From positions 1-43,846 of IMG/VR virus record IMGVR_UViG_3300037722_000477: DNA of 43,846 nt. One strand, given 5' to 3'. This DNA is from a virus. Taxonomy: Duplodnaviria; Caudoviricetes. Each line of letters opens with the position of its first letter. Position 1 is the stretch's first letter. Below, one piece after another: positions 33,758 to 42,029 of this stretch. A program made the position numbers and the translations under genes. Below the pieces are notes generated by a model. That model made no database searches. It was not told the origin of the DNA and saw nothing but the letters and a program-made list of their open reading frames with translations.

Positions 33758-34423
33758 GTGCGTAACTTCGCCATCATCGACTGCGAGCAGAGGTCGCCTG
33801 AATGGCTGGCGGCGCGCTGCGGCCGTGCGACTGGCAGCCGGGCATCAGACGTGATCGCCGCCATCAAGAGCGGTGAAGCGGCGGCGCGTCGTGATTATCG
33901 GCTGCAGCTCGTCACGGAACGTCTGACCCGGCGGCCTCAGGAAGACACATTCGTCAACGCCGCCATGCAGCGCGGTACGGACTGTGAACCGCTGGCTAGA
34001 CGAGCTTACGAATCGCTTACCGGCAACCTCGTGACGCAGACAGGTTTCCTCGCGCATCGCAGCCTTGCTGCGGGCTGTTCGCTGGATGGCCACTGCGACG
34101 ATTTCCGGACGCTCGTCAGCCTGAAGTGCCCCAAGTCGGCTACGCATTTGCGCTACCTCCGCGCTGGCGTCATGCCTCCCGAACACGTCCCGCAGATGCT
34201 CCACGAACTGCTTATCACCGGCGCAGACGTCTACGACTTTCTCTCGTGGGATGACCGCTTCGATGAGCCGCTGCAGACGTTCTATGTGCGGGTCGAGCGC
34301 GACGAGAAGGCGGTATCGGAATACGCCGCCAAGTTGACGGCGTTCCTGGCTGAAGTCGAGACGGAAGAGCACGCGATCCGCACCATGCGCGACATCGGCG
34401 CAGTGCTACAGGAGGCGGTCTGA
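33758..34423 (+). CDS. YqaJ/lambda-exonuclease family nuclease
   Basis: EQRSPEWLAARCG..TGS; AMQRG...EP.AR..YE; GCSLDG; LKCP; F.SWD.RF. Confidence 0.9.
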   Translation: MRNFAIIDCEQRSPEWLAARCGRATGSRASDVIAAIKSGEAAARRDYRLQLVTERLTRRPQEDTFVNAAMQRGTDCEPLARRAYESLTGNLVTQTGFLAHRSLAAGCSLDGHCDDFRTLVSLKCPKSATHLRYLRAGVMPPEHVPQMLHELLITGADVYDFLSWDDRFDEPLQTFYVRVERDEKAVSEYAAKLTAFLAEVETEEHAIRTMRDIGAVLQEAV

Positions 34424-34650
34424 TGGACGCACCGTACTACATGGCCGACGACAACCGCGATGAGCTGACGCAGCCTGAGCCGACCCTGTGCCTGCCGTGC
34501 GACGACGCTGGCCGAGAGACGCCCGCCACGACGGCGATCGACCGTGGCCCCTCCCGGATCCCGCTGCCGGCCTGCGAGGCGTGCCGGCAGGCGTACGCGC
34601 GGCACGGGTATGCGGGGCTGGCTGCGGCGAGTGGGCCGGAGGCGGCATGA
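34423..34650 (+). CDS. Small Cys-containing protein
   Basis: CLPC...ACEAC; coupled. Confidence 0.55.
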   Translation: MDAPYYMADDNRDELTQPEPTLCLPCDDAGRETPATTAIDRGPSRIPLPACEACRQAYARHGYAGLAAASGPEAA

Positions 34651-34838
34651 CCGAGGCCTGCGAGATCTGCGCGGATCGCGGCGAGCACGAGCCGGCGCTG
34701 GGCCAGTTCGACGGCTGGTGGCTGTGCCGCTGGTGCCTGGCCGCGACGGAGCGCAGCGCGGTGCGGCGGTCTGTCGCGCGGGAGCCCGTGTCAGGCGACA
34801 GCCGGGCGCAGGCCAAGGCGCAGCGGAGGCTGACGTGA
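34647..34838 (+). CDS. Small zinc-finger protein
   Basis: CEIC...LCRWC; ATGA coupling. Confidence 0.55.
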   Translation: MTEACEICADRGEHEPALGQFDGWWLCRWCLAATERSAVRRSVAREPVSGDSRAQAKAQRRLT

Positions 34839-35209
34839 GCATCGTCTACACGCTCCTGGTTGCGCACATGGTTGGGGATTTCATCTGCCAATCCGACTGG
34901 ATGGCGACGCACAAGGCGACGCGATGGGACGCGCTCGCGCTCCACGTGGCGACGTATATGGTGGTGCTGCTCGCGTGCCTCGTGGTGGTCTATGCGCGCG
35001 ATGTCCCGGTGCTGCCCTACCTCGACTCGATTGGCGTGTTCGCAAGTGTCAACGCAGCCGCCCACTTCGTGCAGGACGCCATCACGAGCCGGATCAACGC
35101 GCGGCTCTGGCAAGCCAACCAGCGCCATTGGTTCTTCGTCGGCATCGGCGCCGACCAACTCCTGCACTACGTGACGCTCTTCGTCACGGCTGGCTGGTGG
35201 CTGACGTGA
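34835..35209 (+). CDS. DUF3307-like membrane protein
   Basis: AHMVGDF..Q..WMA..K; ALHVATY; HFVQD; GADQLLH. Confidence 0.8.
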   Translation: MSIVYTLLVAHMVGDFICQSDWMATHKATRWDALALHVATYMVVLLACLVVVYARDVPVLPYLDSIGVFASVNAAAHFVQDAITSRINARLWQANQRHWFFVGIGADQLLHYVTLFVTAGWWLT

Positions 35210-35589
35210 GCGGCGGATCGTGCGACATGGCGATAGGTGGCGGCGACTACGATGGCGACATGCCCGCGTTCTTCGACCAGCGTACGGTCCGCGCGCGCAA
35301 GCGTCATATCTGCAACGAGTGCATGCAGCCGATTGAGGCCGGCACCTCCTACCGGCGCGTGGTTGGGAAGTGGGAAGGCGAGATAGACACCTTCCGATTC
35401 TGTGGCCCATGCGTGGAGATTGCTGATGAGTTCACGACGGGCGCACGGCTGTTTGGTGGGTTGTGGGACGACATCGAACTGAACTGGGACGAGGGCGCCC
35501 ATCTGCAAGCGTGCCTGAATCGGCTGACGACCGTAGCCGCGAAAGAGCACATGCGTCAGCAGTGGCTGAAGTGGAAGGAGCTGAAGTGA
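35206..35589 (+). CDS. Zinc-binding phage protein
   Basis: RARKRHICNEC..PI..G..Y...GKWEG...RFCGPC. Confidence 0.75.
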   Translation: MSGGSCDMAIGGGDYDGDMPAFFDQRTVRARKRHICNECMQPIEAGTSYRRVVGKWEGEIDTFRFCGPCVEIADEFTTGARLFGGLWDDIELNWDEGAHLQACLNRLTTVAAKEHMRQQWLKWKELK

Positions 35590-36038
35590 GCGCCAGAGCC
35601 AACATCACCCCTCGCTGGGGCGGTGTCGTCGATGCAGACGGCAAGCTCCGGCTCGAGGCGCGCGGGCTGTTCCAGGCGCACTTGAACCGGCTGAAGAACC
35701 AGCCCGTCGAGGTCATCGTCCGCAAGGTCGGCCGGCCGAAGTCACTCAACCAGCTCGGGTATCTCTTCGGCATCGTCTACCCGGTGATCGGTGAAGCGTT
35801 CGGCGATACAGATTACGACGTCGCGGCCATTCACGACGCGATCATGCGCCAGCTGCGCGGGCTGAAGCCGGACCCGAATCCGCTCGGACTCCGCGAAGGT
35901 TTGACGGGGAAAGAGCACGAATGGGTCAGCGACTACATCTCGGACGTTCGTCACTGGGCGCTGACGTCGTTTGGAATTGTGACGCCTGACGCTGAGCGTG
36001 TCGAGATTCCAGCACGGCGCCGAAAGGCGGCGGCATGA
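35586..36038 (+). CDS. NinB/Orf-like recombination accessory protein
   Basis: KSLNQLGYLFGIVY..I; H; DYISDVRHWA..FGI.TP. Confidence 0.65.
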   Translation: MSARANITPRWGGVVDADGKLRLEARGLFQAHLNRLKNQPVEVIVRKVGRPKSLNQLGYLFGIVYPVIGEAFGDTDYDVAAIHDAIMRQLRGLKPDPNPLGLREGLTGKEHEWVSDYISDVRHWALTSFGIVTPDAERVEIPARRRKAAA

Positions 36039-36217
36039 TCGCCCACTTTCTTGACACGGCCACATTGGACGAGGCGGTGCTGATCCCGGTGCTGCTGTTC
36101 GCCCTGGGCAGTCTCGCGGCGACGGCGGTCGTGCGGTGGCTAGTCGGGGCAATCCAAGCGTGGCGGGGGCGGCGCGAGGACCAGGCCGACTTCACCAGCG
36201 AGCGCGGGTTGTGGTGA
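36035..36217 (+). CDS. Small membrane protein
   Basis: One hydrophobic segment; ATGA coupling. Confidence 0.5.
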   Translation: MIAHFLDTATLDEAVLIPVLLFALGSLAATAVVRWLVGAIQAWRGRREDQADFTSERGLW

Positions 36218-36296
36218 GCGCGGGTGATCGCATGGCCAAGAAAAAGAAACAGGGCGTGACGTTCGTGCTGCGTCCGACATGTGGGAGGGGTTGACG

Positions 36297-36521
36297 ATGG
36301 CGAAGGCGTGCGCGATCTGCGGCTCGAATCTCGGTAACGATTTATTCGCCAGCGTGACCGGCGAGAAGTGCTGCGCGATCTGCAACGTGAAGTTCATCGG
36401 TGGGCTGCCAACATCTGACGCGCGTGTCGCTTTGGCTCGCGCTCGGCTCGGGCTCGCGGATGGCGCGTATCTACAGCAAGACAATGGCGCGGCGGCGGCG
36501 CGGATCCTTGGCTGGCGATGA
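36297..36521 (+). CDS. Small zinc-finger protein
   Basis: CAICG...CCAIC; GGAGG SD. Confidence 0.6.
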   Translation: MAKACAICGSNLGNDLFASVTGEKCCAICNVKFIGGLPTSDARVALARARLGLADGAYLQQDNGAAAARILGWR

Positions 36522-36552
36522 AACCGCGCGTTGACGGCGAGAGCTAAGACGT

Positions 36553-36747
36553 ATGAGACGCCTGCTCCGCTGGCTGACGCGCGATCCGGCGACGGTGATG
36601 TCTCCGCGCTGGCTGCACGAGCAGGCGCGGCTGACGAGCCGCATCCAGTACGACGGGCCGAGCTGGTCCTGGCCGGTGGACAAGGCGGCGAACGACTGCA
36701 CGTGGTGGGTCCGGCGCGGCAGGGCCAGCAAGCACCGAGCGGCGTAA
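36553..36747 (+). CDS. Hypothetical protein
   Basis: MSPRWL..Q...WSWPV; alternative overlapping frame exists. Confidence 0.5.
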   Translation: MRRLLRWLTRDPATVMSPRWLHEQARLTSRIQYDGPSWSWPVDKAANDCTWWVRRGRASKHRAA

Positions 36748-36794
36748 GAAACAAAGCCGGGAGAGACCGGCGCTTTCGACAAAAAGGAGTGGTG

Positions 36795-37136
36795 ATGTAC
36801 GACATGAATCGTGTGACGTCCCAAGGCGCGGCCGCCGAGAAGGTTAGCCCAGTCGATCTGATGCCGAGACTGGAGCCCCCGAAGCGGCTCGAGGAAAGGC
36901 CGGAACTCGCACGGCTCTTGAGCGAGCAGGAGCAGCAGGTTCAGGACTTGCACAACGTGATCAGTTCGCTGGAGGTGCGCTTGGAACCGGCGATGGCGCC
37001 AGTCGGGCCTGGTGCAACCGGAAGCGGAGAGGCTGGCCTTGATACGGTCATCGGGAATTGTGTCCATGCGAACACGCGGGCGGTGGCGCATGCGACGGCG
37101 CGGTTGGTCAGCATTCTCTCGCGGCTCGGCGTGTAG
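36795..37136 (+). CDS. Hypothetical coiled-coil protein
   Basis: AAGGAG SD; LE.RL.P..., ends ILSRLGV. Confidence 0.65.
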   Translation: MYDMNRVTSQGAAAEKVSPVDLMPRLEPPKRLEERPELARLLSEQEQQVQDLHNVISSLEVRLEPAMAPVGPGATGSGEAGLDTVIGNCVHANTRAVAHATARLVSILSRLGV

Positions 37137-37144
37137 GGAGTGAG

Positions 37145-37221
37145 TTGGTGTCCGGCCGTGCCCTGTGGCGAGGCGGGTTTGGGAGAGCCTGCCACACCAG
37201 GGGAGCGCGGTCGGGCACCGA
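37145..37221 (+). other. Long intergenic stem-loop rich in G-U pairs (candidate structured RNA)
   Basis: TTGGTGTCCGGCCGTG pairs CGCGGTCGGGCACCGA; inner CCCTG/CAGGG and GGCGGGTTT/GAGCCTGCC. Confidence 0.55.
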
Positions 37222-37236
37222 ACAGGGAGCGAGTAG

Positions 37237-37416
37237 ATGGCTGACAGGAAGGAGCGCGGGTGCTGGCTGTGGCCTCGGTGTTACGCCTGTGGGCATCGTC
37301 TGCGGTTTGACTCGACGGGTTGCCCGCAGTGCGGCGAGGACTTCGACGGCCGAAAGCCGCCCAAGAAGTTCCCTGAGAAATGCGAGTGCGAGAGATGCGA
37401 GGCGGCGCGCTCATGA
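37237..37416 (+). CDS. Small Cys-rich protein (59 aa, below ORF-track cutoff)
   Basis: MADRKERGCWLWPRCYACGH...CPQCG...CECERC; GGGAG SD; ATGA coupling. Confidence 0.6.
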   Translation: MADRKERGCWLWPRCYACGHRLRFDSTGCPQCGEDFDGRKPPKKFPEKCECERCEAARS

Positions 37417-37760
37417 GCCAAGACGGCGTGTATGGATATCCGTGCGTGACGAACCCGAACGACTTCACGTCCGACGCGGAGTGCTCGTCGCCGGAAGAAA
37501 TCGCCGCGCACAAGACCGCGTGTGAGAACTGGGGCACGCCGGCGTATGAGCCGAACAAGGGGTGTTTCACTGAGCGGTCAGAGGACGGCCAGATCGTCAA
37601 GCACGTGCTCCGGACCTCGTGGGGTATCGGATTCAACAGCTTCACCAAGTGCGATGCGTGCGGCGAGATCGGCAACGAGACGATCCACTGCTGGGACTGC
37701 GGGGGCGACTTCTGCTGCGCGTCCTGCTGGCCGAAACATGACGCGGAAGAGGCGTGCTAA
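37413..37760 (+). CDS. Cys-rich hypothetical protein
   Basis: PNDFTSDAEC..EIAAHK.AC..W; C-terminal CDACG..CWDCG..CCASC. Confidence 0.65.
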   Translation: MSQDGVYGYPCVTNPNDFTSDAECSSPEEIAAHKTACENWGTPAYEPNKGCFTERSEDGQIVKHVLRTSWGIGFNSFTKCDACGEIGNETIHCWDCGGDFCCASCWPKHDAEEAC

Positions 37761-38195
37761 ATGGCGTTCGACTACGACGAGTTGGCTGCGGCCGGCGGCA
37801 TCGGCAAGGGTGAGAACCATTGGGTCCGCGGACGCAAGCGCCGGGCCGCCGTGGCGGCGGCTGAGGAGCGCAACAAGACGCTGGTTCGGAAGCGGGATCG
37901 CGGGTGTCGGTGGCCGCACTGCGCGAACTGCAAGGCGTTCAAGCCAGCGTTGCACGTCGCCCACGTCTGCGGCGCGAAGGGCATGGGCGGGGACCACGGC
38001 GAGAAGTCCACGCCGGACCAGATGATGGTGCTCGACGCGGTGACCCATGACGAGCAGGAGCAGCATCGCCGCGACGTCAGGCCGCTGAACGCCGTGGAAG
38101 GCACCAACGGCCCGTGTGAGTTTTGGAAGAAGGACAACGGGGTGTGGTTCCTCGTCGCGCGCGAAGTCGCACCCTTTGTCTATGCGAGGGACTGA
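37761..38195 (+). CDS. Degenerate HNH-like protein
   Basis: VRKRDRGCRWP.C...LHVAHV...GMGG...MVLD...H. Confidence 0.55.
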   Translation: MAFDYDELAAAGGIGKGENHWVRGRKRRAAVAAAEERNKTLVRKRDRGCRWPHCANCKAFKPALHVAHVCGAKGMGGDHGEKSTPDQMMVLDAVTHDEQEQHRRDVRPLNAVEGTNGPCEFWKKDNGVWFLVAREVAPFVYARD

Positions 38196-38196
38196 A

Positions 38197-38364
38197 ATGG
38201 CCAAGTCGAAATCGGTCCTCGTCAGGTGCCCCACGTGTATCGGTCGCAGGCGAGGCACGCCGCTACCGATCGGGCGCGTCTCGCAAGGACGGTACGGCAA
38301 CTGTGCGGTCTGCTATCGGCAGCTGCGGCCGGTGCGAAAAGGTGGCGACAAGTGTCCCTTCTGA
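38197..38364 (+). CDS. Small zinc-ribbon protein
   Basis: RCPTC...NCAVC. Confidence 0.5.
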   Translation: MAKSKSVLVRCPTCIGRRRGTPLPIGRVSQGRYGNCAVCYRQLRPVRKGGDKCPF

Positions 38365-38495
38365 CCTGGGACGAGAAGAACCGGCACGCCGTCCTACGGC
38401 AGTGCGTCAGCTGCTTCCTGTGGTACTTCTTTTCCGTCGATCGCCCTGATCCGGTGTGTGCCTTCTGCGTCCGTACGGAAAGAGATTCGGAATAA
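38352..38495 (+). CDS. Small zinc-ribbon protein
   Basis: AAAGGTGG SD; CVSC...CAFC. Confidence 0.4.
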   Translation: MSLLTWDEKNRHAVLRQCVSCFLWYFFSVDRPDPVCAFCVRTERDSE

Positions 38496-38567
38496 GGCGC
38501 GCGTGGACAGCCTCAGCTAATTCCGGCATGGGGATCTACCGCAGCAACCGTCAGAGGTAATTCGCAC

Positions 38568-38786
38568 ATGACCAACGAGCAGATCGACAACATCTTCACG
38601 TATCACGCGCCGTTCGGCACGCAGCAGGAACGGTACGTCTCCATCCGCGACAAGGCCAAGGAGCTGGCGCTGTTGATCAACGAGGCGTGCCCGGAGTCGC
38701 GCGAGAAGTCGTTGGCGCTGACGAACCTTCAGCAGTCGGTCCAGATGGCCAACGCCAGCATCGCCATCAACGAGAAGGAGCGGTAG
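38568..38786 (+). CDS. Acb2/Tad1-like helical-hairpin protein (candidate signalling-nucleotide sponge)
   Basis: N.FTYHAP..Q.ERY..IR..AKELA..I...CP.SREKSLALT.L...V..AN.SIA. Confidence 0.7.
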   Translation: MTNEQIDNIFTYHAPFGTQQERYVSIRDKAKELALLINEACPESREKSLALTNLQQSVQMANASIAINEKER

Positions 38787-38790
38787 GGGC

Positions 38791-39018
38791 GTGGATACAA
38801 GGACAGGGCAGATTTTCGAGAGCCGTGAACTGGCGAAGCTCGCTGGCGTGCCCGATGACGACCTCGTCACCGGCAGCCGTGAGGCGCTGGAGAAGTTACA
38901 CACGCGGCTGGTATTCACGAAGGGGTCGTTCAAGTCGGTGGAATTATCACCGGCCGCAGACGCGGTAGATCCCGGCGTAGATAGCACGGGAAATCCGTCC
39001 ACGCGCGACGACGTTTGA
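38791..39018 (+). CDS. Hypothetical protein
   Basis: AAGGAG SD; MDTRTGQIF start. Confidence 0.55.
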   Translation: MDTRTGQIFESRELAKLAGVPDDDLVTGSREALEKLHTRLVFTKGSFKSVELSPAADAVDPGVDSTGNPSTRDDV

Positions 39019-39051
39019 TCTTGTGTGCTGCGTGAGAGAGGAGCCAGGACA

Positions 39052-39573
39052 GTGAGTCTCGTTGGATTCAAGGCGCGAAACCACCGGCAACAGGTGGATC
39101 GGCGCGGGGCCGATGACCCGACTGATAACCGCGCCACACCGGCCGAGTGGTTCGCCGAGATGCAGGCCCGCTGGCGATTCACGCTGGATGCTGCCGCATC
39201 GGCGATGAATCACAAGTTGCCGCGCTACTTTGACATCGAGACGAACGGCCTTGAGCAATCATGGGCCGGCGAGCGCGTCTGGTGCAATCCGCCATTTTCC
39301 AATCTCGGAGACTGGGTGCGCAAGGCATGGCGCGAGAGCGCGCACACCCCAGTGATTGTACTGCTCGTGCCCGCGAACCGGACCGAGCAGCCGTGGTGGC
39401 AGGACCATATTGAACCCTTCAGGGACCGCCCAGGATCGCCGCTGCGCGTTGAGTTTGTGCGGTCGCGGCGTCGGTTCATAGCGGCGGGTAACTCCGCAGT
39501 GCAGGCCAACGAGCGCCCGCCGTTCGGCGTTTGCCTGCTGGTCTGGGAATACATCACTGGCGGTGCCGCATGA
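39052..39573 (+). CDS. Phage DNA N6-adenine methyltransferase
   Basis: TP..WF..FTLDAAAS..N; NGL.QSW; VWCNPPFS; LLVPANRT..WW. Confidence 0.88.
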   Translation: MSLVGFKARNHRQQVDRRGADDPTDNRATPAEWFAEMQARWRFTLDAAASAMNHKLPRYFDIETNGLEQSWAGERVWCNPPFSNLGDWVRKAWRESAHTPVIVLLVPANRTEQPWWQDHIEPFRDRPGSPLRVEFVRSRRRFIAAGNSAVQANERPPFGVCLLVWEYITGGAA

Positions 39574-39770
39574 GGAAGGCCCAACTGATCCGGTCCCGTC
39601 GTCGTCCCCACCCCCTGACCGATGGCGGGGGCGCGTCGTTCGTGGATGGGGCGATCGATCCGAAGCCGGCCCCGAAGCCGCGCGATCATTCCTGGTGGAT
39701 CAACCTGGATCGCGCCGCGTTTCAGGCCGAGATCAAGAAGCTGTTTCCCGAGGCGGGAGCGAAGTCGTGA
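39570..39770 (+). CDS. Hypothetical protein
   Basis: ATGA coupling; SWW..LDR..F. Confidence 0.55.
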   Translation: MRKAQLIRSRRRPHPLTDGGGASFVDGAIDPKPAPKPRDHSWWINLDRAAFQAEIKKLFPEAGAKS

Positions 39771-39958
39771 CGGTTGAGATGACGCCCGTGGAGGCCGAGC
39801 TCTTGATCGCGATTCTCACTGGCGCAGAAGGCGCGTTCGCGGTGACCACTCCGCCGCTGGTGGAGGCCGTGCGCGCTCTGCGTCCGCTGCGCACGGCCCT
39901 GGTGCAGTCGTATCTTCGCGCACGGGTAGGGGAGCAGTGTCCCGAGGCCAAGGGATGA
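39767..39958 (+). CDS. Hypothetical protein
   Basis: GTGA coupling; GGGAG SD. Confidence 0.55.
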   Translation: MTVEMTPVEAELLIAILTGAEGAFAVTTPPLVEAVRALRPLRTALVQSYLRARVGEQCPEAKG

Positions 39959-40530
39959 GCGCGTATCCAGGCTGGCGTGACTGGGTCCCCCCACAAGGAA
40001 CAGGGCAGGAGCAGATGAAATCTCCGCGCGTGGTCAGGCAGCCTACAGCCGCACGTCGCCCTACCGCAGCGACGGCCGTAGAGTCATCAGCGGCCACCGC
40101 TCCGCTTGTGTTGCGGATGCCGCGCCGGCTCGAGAGCCCGAACATTTGGAACGGCCGACACTGGCGCGTGAAGCATCGCATCAGCCAAGAGTGGCAGCGC
40201 GAAATCGGGAATGCGATGTTCAGGAACCTGGGCTGCCAAGAGGCGCTGATGTGCTCCATCGGCCCGCGCAGGCTCGGCATCGTGGTCGGCAAGATGCGCG
40301 TCACTGTCGAGCGCCACGTCCCTAGCGGGCGGAACTTCATCCGCGATGACGACAATCTGCGGTTCTGCGTCAAGCCGTTGCTCGACGCGCTGAAGCGGCA
40401 GGGCTACATCAAAAACGACTCTCGGAAGTGGCTCGATCATCCGACGCCAACACAGCACGTCTCGGCAGATGGCCACGACTGGACGGTCGTGATTCTCACT
40501 AGCGTCGAGGACGCCAAGGAGTTGGCATGA
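39955..40530 (+). CDS. rusA: RusA-like Holliday junction resolvase
   Basis: SPN...HW; RDDDNL..KPLLDAL...GYIKNDS. Confidence 0.78.
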   Translation: MSAYPGWRDWVPPQGTGQEQMKSPRVVRQPTAARRPTAATAVESSAATAPLVLRMPRRLESPNIWNGRHWRVKHRISQEWQREIGNAMFRNLGCQEALMCSIGPRRLGIVVGKMRVTVERHVPSGRNFIRDDDNLRFCVKPLLDALKRQGYIKNDSRKWLDHPTPTQHVSADGHDWTVVILTSVEDAKELA

Positions 40531-40730
40531 GCAAGTGCTGGTGGGAGTTGAAGGGCGACCTGTGGAAATCAGGATGCGAGTTGGTTTTCCCGGTGTGGCA
40601 CTCGTTTGACGCTGGCCCTATCGATGGCGGCCACAGCGTCTGCCCATACTGCGGCCAGCCCCTCGTGGAAGTCAGACCAGAGCAGACGCGAAGCGTGAGC
40701 GAATCGGTGATCGACCGTTCTAATTCATAA
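40527..40730 (+). CDS. Small zinc-ribbon protein
   Basis: CWW...WKSGC...CPYCG. Confidence 0.65.
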   Translation: MSKCWWELKGDLWKSGCELVFPVWHSFDAGPIDGGHSVCPYCGQPLVEVRPEQTRSVSESVIDRSNS

Positions 40731-41249
40731 GGAGATTGCGGTTGAGTTTGACGGTGGAGTGGAGGAGGATAGCGGGGCGGCGAGCCAGTTTCCGCTGGTC
40801 CGCCGCCCCTCATCTCCCACGGCTGTGGAATCAGCAGTGAGCGACTAATCGCCCATTCTACTTCCTCAGCCTGAGTTTTGAGTTCCGCGCGATGAATGAC
40901 GGAGTGAACCGTCTGAACGGCGCGCGGCGGTTGTTGTTCCGGTGAGGCGGGTGGTGGGGAATCGCGGCGGCGCGGTTCTAAGCCTGGGCAACAGCTGACA
41001 CATCTCTGACGACCGATACGACCGACCGACCGACGGCAGAACGGCACGACGCGCGACGTTTTCGCGCGGCTCGTACTACAGGGACTCGCTGAGAGGACAT
41101 CTTCTCCGGGGAACTGCCAGAGGGAGGGAGGGAGGGGAGGGAGCCGGGGGAGCAGGCGTGTCTTTAAGAAGGGACGAGTGTCGCGCAGCAACGCAAGACG
41201 AGGGCTCTTATGAATCGAACGATAAACAGCATCACGTGGGCATAGGCGC
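40731..41249. other. ~520-bp non-coding block: promoter, hairpins, CGAC repeats, G-tract array (candidate origin or ncRNA)
   Basis: No convincing + strand ORF; TTGAGT-17-GAGGAT 40742-40770; hairpin 40774-40809; GGGAGGGAGGGAGGGGAGGG 41122-41141. Confidence 0.55.
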
Positions 41250-41645
41250 ATGTGCCCCAAGCGAGCACCGTACGCGATGGTCGCCGAAGACGATCCCTTG
41301 TGGGTCCGGTTCTGGCGCTGCTATCCAAGGCGCGTCGGCAAGAAGGATGCACGAAAAGCCTGGATGGAGATGGCCCCAACCGCCACCGACGTCGCCCTAA
41401 TGGAAGCCGCTCTCGCGTGGCAGTCGCAGCAACCCTCGTGGCTCGAGGACGGTGGCCAGTACGTGCCGTTCCCGGCCAGTTATCTCAGGGCTGAGCGGTG
41501 GACAGACGAACCACCAATGCGCGTGGCGCCACCTGTCCGTGCCGAGTGGACGTGCCTCCATCTCGAGCGTTGTTCCCATCGGGCGATGTGTGAGAGCAAG
41601 CGCCTGTTGGGCACGGCGAAGTATCCCGTACGGGTATCGGCATGA
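41250..41645 (+). CDS. Stand-alone C-terminal domain of a phage replication initiator
   Basis: FWRCYPRRVGKKDARKAW...GQYVPFPASYL..ERWTDE; in-frame stop at 41223 prevents N-terminal extension. Confidence 0.75.
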   Translation: MCPKRAPYAMVAEDDPLWVRFWRCYPRRVGKKDARKAWMEMAPTATDVALMEAALAWQSQQPSWLEDGGQYVPFPASYLRAERWTDEPPMRVAPPVRAEWTCLHLERCSHRAMCESKRLLGTAKYPVRVSA

Positions 41646-41938
41646 CGTGGGTGCAAGCGACGGTCGTCACGGCGTGCGGCTCCTGCGGGAGTCCGGTGCC
41701 TATCACGGGCCCGGTGCTGCTGGTGACGCAGGCGCGGTTGCCGCGGTGCGCCAGCTGTGCGAAGGCGATCTTCAACGCGGAGCCGCCGTGCGCGTGGCCG
41801 GTGCCGGAGGTGGTGGTGGTGACGCCGAAGCCGATGGAGTTTCTGACGCCGAAGGGGTGGGCAGTGCAGCGGAAAGCGGCGCTGGCTGCGCGGGTGGACT
41901 TTGATCCGCGCATGGCGCGGGCAGGAGGAGACGAATGA
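41642..41938 (+). CDS. Small zinc-binding protein
   Basis: CGSCG..P...RCASCA; ATGA coupling. Confidence 0.6.
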   Translation: MTWVQATVVTACGSCGSPVPITGPVLLVTQARLPRCASCAKAIFNAEPPCAWPVPEVVVVTPKPMEFLTPKGWAVQRKAALAARVDFDPRMARAGGDE

Positions 41939-42029
41939 AGAGGCCCCCAACTAGCGAGCAGTTCGCCTGCCGACATCAGTACTGGGATCTCGGCTACTAC
42001 ACGTTGGCGCGGGCAGGAGAGTGAGGCGG

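Noticed and set aside
40499-41260. 253-aa minus-strand ORF across the non-coding block
   Set aside because: No SD, low-complexity Pro/Arg/Ser content, no motif, and it opposes the operon direction.
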